Virus record (IMG/VR): IMGVR_UViG_3300037483_000361
Location: 32,881-96,880 of that record
DNA: 64,000 nucleotides
Source of the DNA: a virus
Reading direction: 5' to 3' (one strand)
The translations under genes were made by a program, and so were the position numbers. This document shows positions 30,314 to 38,749 of the stretch, piece after piece. The notes below the pieces were generated by a model that was not told where the DNA came from, made no database searches, and saw only the letters and a program-made list of their open reading frames with translations. Position 1 is the first letter of the stretch. The number at the start of each line of letters is the position of its first letter.

Positions 30314-30965
30314 GTTCAATTGCTAATCCGTTTCTTCTGACTCCTTTGCGTGACCAATGTTCATCATCTTCTTCAAGCACCTTGATGAATCCAGGCTTCA
30401 CGATCTTCCCGCGAAAGTATCCATGCTTTGCGTACCGCTTGACCACAACACCCTCGGCGAGAGCGCCATAAGCGGACTTGACCGGAACGATACTGTGAAG
30501 CTCATCCGCGGTGAACGCTCCACGGGCGACGAGCGGAACCATATGAAAGCCGTGCTCCTGGCAAAACTCTGCTCGTTCGTTGTAATTCAACCATGATCCA
30601 TTATCCCGGATGTCAAATACGAGAAAGTACTCGGGAAGGCGGTCATAGACGATGTGATGAACGGCATATAGCAATTCACCATAAATCAAATATCCCCCCG
30701 GGACACTCATGATGCGGTCATAGGCGACTGTGTTTGCCCAATTGTAGAAGTAGTCAAACTGCTCGTGGACAGATGGGCCAACTAACGAGTTTCGCTTTTG
30801 GAGTGAGAATCCCTTAGAGTGACGAATGATGCCAGTATTGGAACCATCCATCTTCTCTTCGACAACCACTTCGCCGGCCAACAGTCGCTTGAACGTTGTG
30901 TTGTCCAAGTTGTATTTGCTGGTCACTGGAAAGACGTGATATGTCTTTTCATATTTTACGAACAT
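30306..30965 (-). CDS. ATP-dependent RNA ligase (Rnl2-like nucleotidyltransferase domain)
   Basis: EEKMDGSN (KxDG), YGEL, FLVFDI, EGVVVK, GKIV. Confidence 0.85.
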   Translation of the reverse strand: MFVKYEKTYHVFPVTSKYNLDNTTFKRLLAGEVVVEEKMDGSNTGIIRHSKGFSLQKRNSLVGPSVHEQFDYFYNWANTVAYDRIMSVPGGYLIYGELLYAVHHIVYDRLPEYFLVFDIRDNGSWLNYNERAEFCQEHGFHMVPLVARGAFTADELHSIVPVKSAYGALAEGVVVKRYAKHGYFRGKIVKPGFIKVLEEDDEHWSRKGVRRNGLAIERK

Positions 30966-31012
30966 GGCTTGAGCCTTTCAAGATAACCTCTAATGAACGC
31001 TAACTGCCAAGA

Positions 31013-31097
31013 CGGAAGCGGAGGGACTCGAACCCCCAACGGTGATTAGCCGTTACCAGTTTTCAAGACTGGGCCCTCATCCAGCCGGATCACTTCC
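31013..31097 (-). tRNA. tRNA-Ser(TGA)
   Basis: long variable arm, loop CTTGAAA. Confidence 0.9.
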
Positions 31098-31266
31098 AGT
31101 CCGATATTTTTGAATCGCGTCGGTATACGACGAGTTTCACGTCGAGCGCGATATTCCCCCGCTACCATCACAAATTTAGCGTGCTGTGCTGCACGGCTGG
31201 CGTGGTAAAATTTTCCACTTCCCCGGCACCAATCACTCTGACTTTATCCAGCGGAGTGATACGCTG

Positions 31267-31353
31267 TTATTTCTTGTGGCGGCGCTTCCATTGAGCTCTA
31301 CGCTTTGCGGAGCCCTTCTTGCGGCGGCCGCGATGCTTTTTTGGGTAAGGCAT
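31267..31353 (-). CDS. 28-aa highly basic peptide MPYPKKHRGRRKKGSAKRRAQWKRRHKK
   Basis: GAGGA SD, ATG..TAA. Confidence 0.6.
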   Translation of the reverse strand: MPYPKKHRGRRKKGSAKRRAQWKRRHKK

Positions 31354-31372
31354 GTCAGTTCCTCAGTTATAA

Positions 31373-31455
31373 CGGAAGTGACAGGACTCGAACCTGCAAG
31401 GGCTTTCGCCCGTGCCTCATTTCCAGTGAGGTTCCTCACCACTCGGATCACTTCC
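31373..31455 (-). tRNA. tRNA-Ser(GGA)
   Basis: long variable arm, loop CTGGAAA. Confidence 0.9.
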
Positions 31456-31532
31456 ATAACCACAGCGTTGTCTTGCGGAAGCGTATCCGCCCACCAATCG
31501 TGATGGGACTAAACGCTCGCTGCGGTCACTTC

Positions 31533-31982
31533 CTAAATATGAATCAGCGTCACACCAGCTTCACGGTACAACGATTCTGCCAACTGCATGTCATCCATCC
31601 AACGAGCCATGAATGAGTTTGCCGGATCAAACACAGGCGATACAACCGTTGAAATGCCCGCTTGGATGACATGAACAGCACATCGTGAACAACTTTGCCC
31701 CGGCCAATTGTAGAGCGTGTAACCGTCTAGACGTTCTCGTGCATTCAAGATTGCGTTCATTTCACTATGAATGACTCGCTTATACTTCTCATCCCGGTTA
31801 TTGAGAAACTCGGGTGTGTCCGCAATCTTGCGTGGGAATCCATTGAATCCCACCGATGCTATCGTTTTGTCAGGACGGACAATCACCCCACCAGTTTTCG
31901 TTGAGGGGTCCTTTGAAGCAGTAGCTACATGTGCTGCTAATTGTAAATACCACACATGCCACCAATTTGGATCACGATGCAT
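31533..31982 (-). CDS. dCMP deaminase
   Basis: SKDPSTK, GFNGFP, HSEMNA, CSRC. Confidence 0.9.
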   Translation of the reverse strand: MHRDPNWWHVWYLQLAAHVATASKDPSTKTGGVIVRPDKTIASVGFNGFPRKIADTPEFLNNRDEKYKRVIHSEMNAILNARERLDGYTLYNWPGQSCSRCAVHVIQAGISTVVSPVFDPANSFMARWMDDMQLAESLYREAGVTLIHI

Positions 31983-32391
31983 GTTTTAACTCCTGCAATC
32001 TATTTGCTAACCACTTTCTCTGTTCAATAATGTCTAGTGGTATTCCAGCTTTACCACTGTTAGTCTTTGATTTAGTTTGCTGAATTGCAATTATCAATAA
32101 TGCTTGCTCCGCTTTCTCTTTTAGAAATGGAGCCAAAATTTGACAAACCTTTGCTGCTTCATTATCAGCCACCGACCATCTATACAACTGCTTATGATGT
32201 TTTTGTCGTCGTTTTTCACAAGCAAATTGACCACCAAATATTTTATGGAGCCACTCTATAGTAGGCCGATGTGAATTAGTGCAAGTAACAGCTGCTTTAC
32301 AATAACGATCTTTGGATGAATAAAAGCATCCTTCACCATCCAAAAACCCTGCCGCATATGCTAGTATAGCTTCATCCAACTTATCTGTCAT
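31972..32391 (-). CDS. free-standing LAGLIDADG homing endonuclease
   Basis: YAAGFLDGEGC; lower GC than flanks. Confidence 0.85.
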   Translation of the reverse strand: MTDKLDEAILAYAAGFLDGEGCFYSSKDRYCKAAVTCTNSHRPTIEWLHKIFGGQFACEKRRQKHHKQLYRWSVADNEAAKVCQILAPFLKEKAEQALLIIAIQQTKSKTNSGKAGIPLDIIEQRKWLANRLQELKHAS

Positions 32392-32412
32392 AACCTTTCC
32401 TATGATGATTGA

Positions 32413-32488
32413 TGATCGCTACTGGATTCGGACCAGTGGCCTCTTGCGTGTCGAGCAAGCGCTCTGAACCAGGCTGAGCTAAGCGATC
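32413..32488 (-). tRNA. tRNA-Val(GAC)
   Basis: loop TCGACAC (C33). Confidence 0.85.
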
Positions 32489-32812
32489 TTATAGTTCGTG
32501 ATTCCAAAGAATTTTTGCGTCTCCATAGGCACGCTCGAGTCCTGCGATCCGTTCACGGCGTTCGGACTGTTCCTGTTCTGAAATTCTCATATCTCCCATC
32601 TCATCTAAGTCTCTGCGTACTTCTGCAACAAACTCAGGATCGGGGCCGCGCTGGCGATAATATTGAACGGTGCCTTCAATGCGGTTGAGAAGATCGGTCC
32701 AATATTCGCCGGCCGATTCCCATCTGCGTCGAATCAAAAACGCGTTCGTCCATTGATACAATCGAATGCCAAGCAAGGTGCCAAAAACACCAATAAATAA
32801 CCCTAGAAACAT
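32489..32812 (-). CDS. membrane-anchored hypothetical protein
   Basis: GGAGG SD, N-terminal TM. Confidence 0.6.
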   Translation of the reverse strand: MFLGLFIGVFGTLLGIRLYQWTNAFLIRRRWESAGEYWTDLLNRIEGTVQYYRQRGPDPEFVAEVRRDLDEMGDMRISEQEQSERRERIAGLERAYGDAKILWNHEL

Positions 32813-32827
32813 ATAACCTCCGTTGAG

Positions 32828-33178
32828 TGGCGACCGCATAGCCGGAATTTTGTTTTAAGCCATCATCTGTCTCACGAATAAACCGTGGTCATTTCTGACT
32901 GCCGCTACCCGACTTCACAGGGCGAAAGGATGGGCCCTCAGTCTGTTTGCGTTGCATTCTCACTCGTAGTGCGAACGAAGTTGGATGTCTCTGGCCACGC
33001 TGTATTCCAAGCGTAGAAACATTCTAAGGGTCGTCCACCAGAGCTTGCCGACGCCAATAGTCCACCCAACTTCTCCTACGTCCCTTCACGAATGTCCCGA
33101 GCTTCCTCAATAACATAAACTAGGATTTCGATTCCGACTCAACGGACTAGTCTTGTTACTGCGATGGCCGGGTCACCA
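32828..33178 (-). ncRNA. rnpB: RNase P RNA (divergent)
   Basis: P1 TGGTGACC/GGTCGCCA; GAGGAAGCTCGG (CR I); AGACAGATGATGG (CR IV); ACAAAATTCCGGCTA (CR V). Confidence 0.8.
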
Positions 33179-33179
33179 G

Positions 33180-33254
33180 TCCGTTCGGGAGGATTTGAAC
33201 CTCCACATGCTGCTGTATCAGAGCAGTGCCTTCACCGGGTTTGGCTACGAACGG
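33180..33254 (-). tRNA. tRNA-Ile(GAT)
   Basis: loop CTGATAC. Confidence 0.85.
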
Positions 33255-33259
33255 ATAAA

Positions 33260-33529
33260 CTACGACTTCTTCTTTCTACTCTTTTCTCGGCGGCCGCGAT
33301 TCTTCGACTCTGCTTCAAAGCCGCTAATCTTGCCGCCTTTATGCGACGCATCTTTGCCGTCGCCATTACCATAGGTTCCCCTTTTGCGATTATACTGATT
33401 GAGTTCTGCTCGGTATTTCTTCATCTTCTTTGATGACTGAAATTTCCGATACTCGTCTTTGTAATCGCGATCTTCGAGAAGTTTGCTGACTTCTTCTTGA
33501 ATGATTTCTCTCAATTCACTTAGCTTCAT
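33260..33529 (-). CDS. small basic HNH-like protein with IIQEE..LLE leader
   Basis: RDYKDEY..GDGKDASH..NRGR. Confidence 0.6.
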   Translation of the reverse strand: MKLSELREIIQEEVSKLLEDRDYKDEYRKFQSSKKMKKYRAELNQYNRKRGTYGNGDGKDASHKGGKISGFEAESKNRGRREKSRKKKS

Positions 33530-33530
33530 A

Positions 33531-33616
33531 CGGAAGGTAAGAGATTCGAACTCTTACACCCTTTCGGATGCATCGTTTAGCAAACGAGCCCGGCACACCA
33601 TCTCCGGCGACCTTCC
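33531..33616 (-). tRNA. tRNA-Ser(GCT)
   Basis: long variable arm, loop TTGCTAA. Confidence 0.85.
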
Positions 33617-33618
33617 AA

Positions 33619-33812
33619 GCAGTAGAGCGGACTTTTGTCAGGCCAATATATGAGCGAGCAATTGCCAACTGTGAGTAGACGCTCGTTTATTACCTTCTCA
33701 ACTCAGGCGAGCGGTCGCTTCACAATCGGGCATTTGCACCAACTTTTACTGGCGTCCGTTGAGGGGACCGTGGCGATTGGAGCTTCTATTTCAGCCCTTT
33801 TCACTCTACTAC
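33619..33812 (-). ncRNA. ~194-nt long imperfect hairpin RNA (6S-like size and shape)
   Basis: GTAGTAGAGTG/CGCTCTACTGC closing stem plus nested helices. Confidence 0.45.
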
Positions 33813-33814
33813 AG

Positions 33815-33888
33815 TATCCCCGGAGGGATTCGAACCCCCAACCCCGAGCTTCGTAGGCTCGTGCTCTATCCAGTTGAGCTACGGAGAT
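33815..33888 (-). tRNA. tRNA-Arg(ACG)
   Basis: loop CTACGAA. Confidence 0.9.
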
Positions 33889-33889
33889 A

Positions 33890-34835
33890 TGAAGGGCTGA
33901 GACTACACCCTTTTCCAGTGCCACCTTTGTCAGATTATCCTACAGTGTCCCCACCATAGGTTCCCGACGTATCCACCCCTCCACGAGAGGTCTGACACCA
34001 AGACTGCTTTTGTTAAAGCGGTAGCGATTCCGCTGTCGCGACAGGCGCGCTCGACGTTTCGAATTCCGTCAGTCTTGCGGACTGTAAATGGGCGCTAACC
34101 CAAACGTGCATTTTCACATCAACGGTGCATCTCTCTTGGGGAGAGATTCCCGCCTCTGTTGTCCCGAAGGACCAGAGGATTAAGCCTCTTTTCCTCCCGT
34201 CACCGAGTCGGTCTTTCCATTTTTGGTGCTTAGCGTAGGAGTTGAACCTACAACCATTAGTTTAGCATACTAGTGCTCTACCATTGAGCTAGATAAGCGA
34301 CTTACCCGTGAAGTGCCGACTCTGTAGTTGCCAATCTCTTTTGGAGATCAGAATGCCACACTTCACTGCTGACTTTCGTTGTCACTACTCATCCAGACTT
34401 CAAGAGACATAGGCCAATTAACTCCGCTTGCTAGTGGTCCAGCGAGGACCGGCGGAATTGACCCTTCCCTATGATCATACTATCGAGCCCTTGTGATACC
34501 ACACTCGGACCAAACAATAACACTCCTTGCTAATCTACCGTCGCGTAGGGGTATATAGGGAGTCCAGCACCACCTGTCAATCTTCTCCTACGGCCGTTCC
34601 CGTTACCCTTAAGGGCCATTCACGGCGGTTACATAGAAGTTTTTCCCCTAACTACGCTTCCGGCCTATCTCCAACACTCGCGTGCTGAAGCTGTGGCCTC
34701 GCGGCCACAAAGGCGGAGCTTGCTTGGATGAACCGACCGGAATCGGCGCGGGTTGGTAAGCCTCACCGCTTTACACGTCTTGCGACGTGCTGTTCTTTTC
34801 CCCGAAGGGACGGGGCGCCAAACCGCCCCGTAAAC
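33890..34835 (-). ncRNA. giant ornate ncRNA, GOLLD-like, with embedded tRNA
   Basis: ~945 nt without a credible ORF; many GNRA/UUCG hairpins on minus strand; own promoter. Confidence 0.6.
34224..34298 (-). tRNA. atypical tRNA (GCT anticodon, short variable loop, encoded CCA) inside large ncRNA
   Basis: canonical D/T arms, loop ATGCTAA, stem mismatches. Confidence 0.6.
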
Positions 34836-34838
34836 CTG

Positions 34839-34886
34839 TTGTCAAAGATCGATACTAAATCTACTGCCTTACTGCGTATTTGTCAA
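34839..34886 (-). promoter_or_regulatory. sigma70 promoter plus boxA-like element
   Basis: TTGACA-17-TAGATT then GATCTTTGACAA. Confidence 0.7.
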
Positions 34887-34896
34887 GTGCCTATAA

Positions 34897-35445
34897 CTAG
34901 AGAGTCAATAACACTTTAGCGATGTTTTTGCTATCATCGATGCCGCGGTGAGCGGTTCCGTCAAACGGGATACCAAGATGTTCAACCGCCTTGCCGAGAC
35001 CACAACTGAATCCGTGCTTCCAACAAAACAGAGACTTCACATTCAAGTGATTGTTGTTGAACGGATTTGCTACCTGCTCACGAAGGCATTGCCGAAGGAT
35101 GATGTCTCGATCATAACAGCCCCAGCTTGCCCACATGTTCCGGTCACATCGATATTGCTTCTCTAAAAGTTCGAGTGCCTTCCTAAACGAATAGCCGTGT
35201 TCATCGACATACGCAGGCGTGAGCGTCGTTAATGCCGTACAGAACGGGCTAATCGCCGACGTAGTAGGTCGAACGATAATAGCTCGCGACTCAACAATCG
35301 TTTTCTTGTCTAGTTCGATAACTGTCAAACCAAACTCGATGATTTCGGAGTCACGCTTCTGCTGATCGGTGAAATTGCCCTGAGCGTCATGCTCCCAGCA
35401 TGTTGCTTCAACGTCAATGACCAAACAAATTTTTGGAGTGCTCAT
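34897..35445 (-). CDS. DEDDh 3'-5' exonuclease (ERI-1/KapD-like)
   Basis: IDVEATC, EIIEFG, WG.YD, HRGIDD. Confidence 0.88.
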   Translation of the reverse strand: MSTPKICLVIDVEATCWEHDAQGNFTDQQKRDSEIIEFGLTVIELDKKTIVESRAIIVRPTTSAISPFCTALTTLTPAYVDEHGYSFRKALELLEKQYRCDRNMWASWGCYDRDIILRQCLREQVANPFNNNHLNVKSLFCWKHGFSCGLGKAVEHLGIPFDGTAHRGIDDSKNIAKVLLTL

Positions 35446-35463
35446 ATAACCTTTTGCTAGTTA

Positions 35464-35619
35464 TTACTCCGTTGGAATTTCTGGTTTATCCGAATCATCA
35501 CCATTGCTGCGAGGCCGACCAATGCCGAGCCGTGAGGACGAGCTCTTTCGCGTTTTAACCAAAACAAATATTCCACCGGCCAATAGAGCTAGCGCTATCA
35601 AACCTCCAAGAAATTCCAT
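35464..35619 (-). CDS. 51-aa single-TM protein
   Basis: GGAG SD; MEFLGGLIALALLAGGIFVLVK. Confidence 0.55.
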   Translation of the reverse strand: MEFLGGLIALALLAGGIFVLVKTRKSSSSRLGIGRPRSNGDDSDKPEIPTE

Positions 35620-35623
35620 TGTG

Positions 35624-35851
35624 TTATCTCCCTATAAATGATTCTACAAACCCACGATAACTGATCAACGGATGCGTTGCGTCGCCAAACGTCATCTCAA
35701 CTCCGTTGCTAAACTTCACGATGATATACTTGTGTGGACCCCATACATATCGGTCCACAATTGCACCCATCATTCCTACAGGAACCTCTAGAGTCATGCC
35801 CTTGCCTGTTCCGTTGTAGATGTTCTTACGTGCTTGGACCACTTGATTCAC
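35624..35851 (-). CDS. hypothetical protein
   Basis: short ORF. Confidence 0.5.
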   Translation of the reverse strand: MNQVVQARKNIYNGTGKGMTLEVPVGMMGAIVDRYVWGPHKYIIVKFSNGVEMTFGDATHPLISYRGFVESFIGR

Positions 35852-35961
35852 TTATCAGGCGAAGATCGGTAATGTGCAGCGGAACATATTGGGAATAAAC
35901 ATATTCGTTCCAATTACGTGCTCTTGCCCACTGCGTAAGATATTCAACGAGAGTGACTTGC

Positions 35962-36357
35962 TTAATCATGCGACTTCAACGCCTGATGGCGTGCCTCTAT
36001 CATTGGTCCAATGTCGGCCATAATCTGAGAATACGATGACGTGAAGCCGCTTTTATGATCCTTGACTCGATTATCTGGCTCATGATACGTGCGGATGCAC
36101 TCATTAGAGATGACGTGCTCCTTCCGTTCTTGAGCCTTGACATGCGAGACGATCTTATCTGCAAGACGACGAAAGGCGATCTTGCGATTCTGTCCTTGAC
36201 TTCGTGTCTCACGACATTCAGCAAACAATCCCGTGTCAAGATGGGTGATGCGAACGCCACTATCCGATTTGTTCTGATGCTGACCGCCGGGGCCGCCAGA
36301 ACGAAATGTGTCGATTCGAAAGTCTTTGCGTCGTGCTTGAAATATGACTTGTTTCAT
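35962..36357 (-). CDS. class I release-factor-like GGQ peptidyl-tRNA hydrolase (ArfB-like, no codon-recognition domain)
   Basis: RSGGPGGQHQNK, VRITH, RSQGQNR, IRTYH..NRVKDH. Confidence 0.85.
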   Translation of the reverse strand: MKQVIFQARRKDFRIDTFRSGGPGGQHQNKSDSGVRITHLDTGLFAECRETRSQGQNRKIAFRRLADKIVSHVKAQERKEHVISNECIRTYHEPDNRVKDHKSGFTSSYSQIMADIGPMIEARHQALKSHD

Positions 36358-36358
36358 A

Positions 36359-36432
36359 TACCGCTCGAGGGATTCGAACCCTCAACCTTTCGCTCTTGAG
36401 GCGAACGCCTCTGCCAGTTGGGCTACGGCGGC
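36359..36432 (-). tRNA. tRNA-Leu(CAA), short variable loop
   Basis: loop CTCAAGA. Confidence 0.85.
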
Positions 36433-36434
36433 CA

Positions 36435-36556
36435 GTGACACAAGCTACCTTCCCGATATTTTACCGCGGGCTTCTACCGTCTGCATTATGTGTAATATAC
36501 AAACGATTTACGACTGCCTCGGGACCGTCCTGTTTGCCACATCCTCACTCGTGTCA
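36435..36556 (-). ncRNA. unnamed stem-closed RNA
   Basis: TGACACGAGT/GCTTGTGTCA termini filling a tRNA spacer. Confidence 0.4.
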
Positions 36557-36630
36557 TACCCCTAGCAGGATTCGAACCTGCGACCCTTCCGTTAGGACCG
36601 GAATGCTCTAATCCTCTGAGCTATAGAGGC
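36557..36630 (-). tRNA. tRNA-Arg(CCT)
   Basis: loop GTCCTAA. Confidence 0.88.
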
Positions 36631-36633
36631 GTA

Positions 36634-36707
36634 TGTCATCGGAGGGAGTCGAACCCTCAACAACTGCGGTCTGAACGTAGTGCGTCTGCCAATTGCGCCA
36701 CGATGAC
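36634..36707 (-). tRNA. tRNA-Leu(CAG), short variable loop
   Basis: loop TTCAGAC. Confidence 0.85.
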
Positions 36708-36714
36708 AAAAATA

Positions 36715-36770
36715 TAGTGGTCTCCGTGCATGCTCCGGCGAGGGCGTGCTCAATGTGCCAGAGACCACTA
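36715..36770 (-). ncRNA. unnamed small hairpin RNA
   Basis: perfect 10-bp TAGTGGTCTC/GAGACCACTA. Confidence 0.35.
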
Positions 36771-36781
36771 GGGTTGTAAAG

Positions 36782-36853
36782 TTGGCCCACAGGGATTCGA
36801 ACCCCGACACTCAGCTTCAAAGGCTGATGTGCTATCCGTTACACTATAGGCCA
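36782..36853 (-). tRNA. tRNA-Gln(TTG)
   Basis: loop CTTTGAA. Confidence 0.9.
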
Positions 36854-36857
36854 GTAA

Positions 36858-36929
36858 TACCCCCGACAGGACTCGAACCCGTTCTAAAACGTTCGAAGCG
36901 TTTTGTGCTGTCCATTACACTACGGAGGT
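36858..36929 (-). tRNA. tRNA-Arg(TCG)
   Basis: loop CTTCGAA. Confidence 0.88.
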
Positions 36930-36940
36930 AAGACTACTAG

Positions 36941-37012
36941 TAGCGGCCGTGGGAGTCAAACCCACTACAAACGGCTTATGAAACCGTCCCCTAATCGGTC
37001 GGGCTGACCGCC
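36941..37012 (-). tRNA. tRNA-Met/Ile2(CAT)
   Basis: loop TTCATAA, paired 1:72. Confidence 0.75.
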
Positions 37013-37016
37013 ATGC

Positions 37017-37114
37017 TGATAGATTGATGTACGAAAGTCTGCGTAGCAGAACAATCTCGGCCGGAAACCATGTCCTAGGAGTATGGACTCAGCGATGTCA
37101 CCACCAATCTATCA
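37017..37114 (-). ncRNA. unnamed stem-closed RNA
   Basis: 13-bp TGATAGATTGGTG/CATCAATCTATCA termini. Confidence 0.4.
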
Positions 37115-37187
37115 AGCTTCTCGCCGGATTCGAACCGGCCCTCCAACTTTACGGGAGTTGTGTGCTAGCCGCTGACACTAGAGAAGC
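37115..37187 (-). tRNA. tRNA-Thr(CGT)
   Basis: loop CCCGTAA (C33). Confidence 0.85.
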
Positions 37188-37294
37188 ATTATTCTGTACA
37201 AGCAATAGCCGCCTGAAACAAGGTCATAATGTATAAGGCGGCTATCAAAAGGAATGTTGGGATCACAACCCAAAACAACAGAGTTCTGATCTGC

Positions 37295-37654
37295 TTATTC
37301 ATCAACCACTTTTGATGCTACCTTCTTTGTAGACTTTTTGACGGCCTTTATCGGTTCCACCACTTCCACTTCTGCGACCGGCGCTTCTACAGGTGCTTCT
37401 GCGACGGACGACTCTGCCGGCACTTCTGCGGGCGGCGTTTCTACTTCAACCGATATTTCTGTTGGTACTTCTACAACCGGTGCCTCTTCTACTGCGGGTG
37501 CGACGGGCGACGGTGCCACGTAGGGTCGGAAATGAGATTGTGGAGCGGCGAATCGGCGACCGGACTGTGTAACCACAGTCAGAGTTCCTGCCCGTTCATT
37601 CCGTCCAATTACTTCGGCAATTTCACCACTTCCTACTAGAACATATTCTCCCAT
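37295..37654 (-). CDS. hypothetical protein with acidic Pro/Val/Glu linker
   Basis: GAGG SD. Confidence 0.6.
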   Translation of the reverse strand: MGEYVLVGSGEIAEVIGRNERAGTLTVVTQSGRRFAAPQSHFRPYVAPSPVAPAVEEAPVVEVPTEISVEVETPPAEVPAESSVAEAPVEAPVAEVEVVEPIKAVKKSTKKVASKVVDE

Positions 37655-37759
37655 TGAATTTACCTCTTTTATTGGTTCAGATAACCTACGACTTCTTGAT
37701 TCAATCGGTTCACCACTCAAATTTGCTAATGATGTGATCATTTCTATTCCTCATTAAAA

Positions 37760-37835
37760 CAGGTCCGGTGGGAGTCGAACCCACAAGAATGGTCCGTTTT
37801 GGAGACGGATGGCCTTCCTATTGGCCCTCGGACCT
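37760..37835 (-). tRNA. tRNA-Trp(CCA)
   Basis: loop CTCCAAA. Confidence 0.85.
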
Positions 37836-37895
37836 AAGACGTGCTTCTTCTTTACGATGACATAGTTTTGGAGACTATCAATACCCGTATTCAAG

Positions 37896-37969
37896 GGTGA
37901 CCAACCGGTTCCGACCCGGTACCTCAAGGTTCACGGCCTTGAATGCAGAGCCACTACACCATGATCACC
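37896..37969 (-). tRNA. tRNA-His(GTG)
   Basis: G-1:C73, loop CCGTGAA. Confidence 0.8.
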
Positions 37970-37985
37970 ATGTTATTTTCGCTGA

Positions 37986-38378
37986 TTATTGAAGCATCAA
38001 TCCCAGCGCGATGCCGAGTAATCCGCCGAGAAAGGGAGTCAACGCATCCATCTTGTTGTCTAGGGTCATCGGCTCACCAGTGAACATCTTTTCCTTATGC
38101 CAGTACCAACCCACACCCATGCCGGTGACGAAAGCGGCCGTCAGGAGTCCCAACAACTCAGCCAGTGTGCCAAACGTTGCAAGTAACCCACCGAATATCA
38201 TAACATCAAATCCTAGGGTCAATAGGATCAGCCCGTGGGCTACCCACGTTCGCTCGTCCCGCTGCCACGTCCATTCTTCGATCCGCTGATAGAGCGAGCG
38301 GAGTGGACCAGCAGCGATCAATACGACCACAGCCGCTGTGGACAACGCCACAACACGAGCAATCAACTCAGCAGACAT
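37986..38378 (-). CDS. membrane protein
   Basis: 4 hydrophobic segments, SD. Confidence 0.65.
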   Translation of the reverse strand: MSAELIARVVALSTAAVVVLIAAGPLRSLYQRIEEWTWQRDERTWVAHGLILLTLGFDVMIFGGLLATFGTLAELLGLLTAAFVTGMGVGWYWHKEKMFTGEPMTLDNKMDALTPFLGGLLGIALGLMLQ

Positions 38379-38403
38379 TCCTTTCTCCCCGGTTCAACAA
38401 TTA

Positions 38404-38477
38404 TGGACGCGATGGGAATCGAACCCACCCCACCGACATTGCAAGTGTCAGTCGCCACCCTTGGAACATTCACGCCC
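38404..38477 (-). tRNA. tRNA-Ala(TGC)
   Basis: G3:U70, loop CTTGCAA, atypical D arm. Confidence 0.85.
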
Positions 38478-38482
38478 GTCAA

Positions 38483-38555
38483 TGACTGAGGAGGGATTCG
38501 AACCCCCGACGCCGAGCTCTTCAGGCTCGCGCTCTACCCGCTGAGCTACTCAGTC
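38483..38555 (-). tRNA. tRNA-Phe(GAA)
   Basis: loop CTGAAGA. Confidence 0.9.
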
Positions 38556-38575
38556 TTAGATGGTAAACTTTTCCC

Positions 38576-38749
38576 TTATTTCCGGCGTGACAAAGATTGT
38601 TGGCGTTCTAGTTCTTCTATGTAGGAACTCAACTTCGTTTTTGTTCGTGAAAATTCTGTACCGGAACCCGGCGTTTCCGTATTGTTATATAAGTCTGCCT
38701 TGTCAAGTAAATCTTCGATCAACGCTTGCGCTTTCTTACTTAGTGCCAT
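38576..38749 (-). CDS. 57-aa hypothetical protein
   Basis: AGGAG SD, MALSKKAQ.. Confidence 0.55.
   Translation of the reverse strand: MALSKKAQALIEDLLDKADLYNNTETPGSGTEFSRTKTKLSSYIEELERQQSLSRRK

Noticed and set aside
31972-32391. Group I intron or intein hosting the LAGLIDADG gene
   Set aside because: The flanking dCMP deaminase and tRNA-Val are intact and there is no room for an intron core.
38680-38706. TTGACA promoter
   Set aside because: It lies inside a small ORF and has no -10 box at 17 bp.
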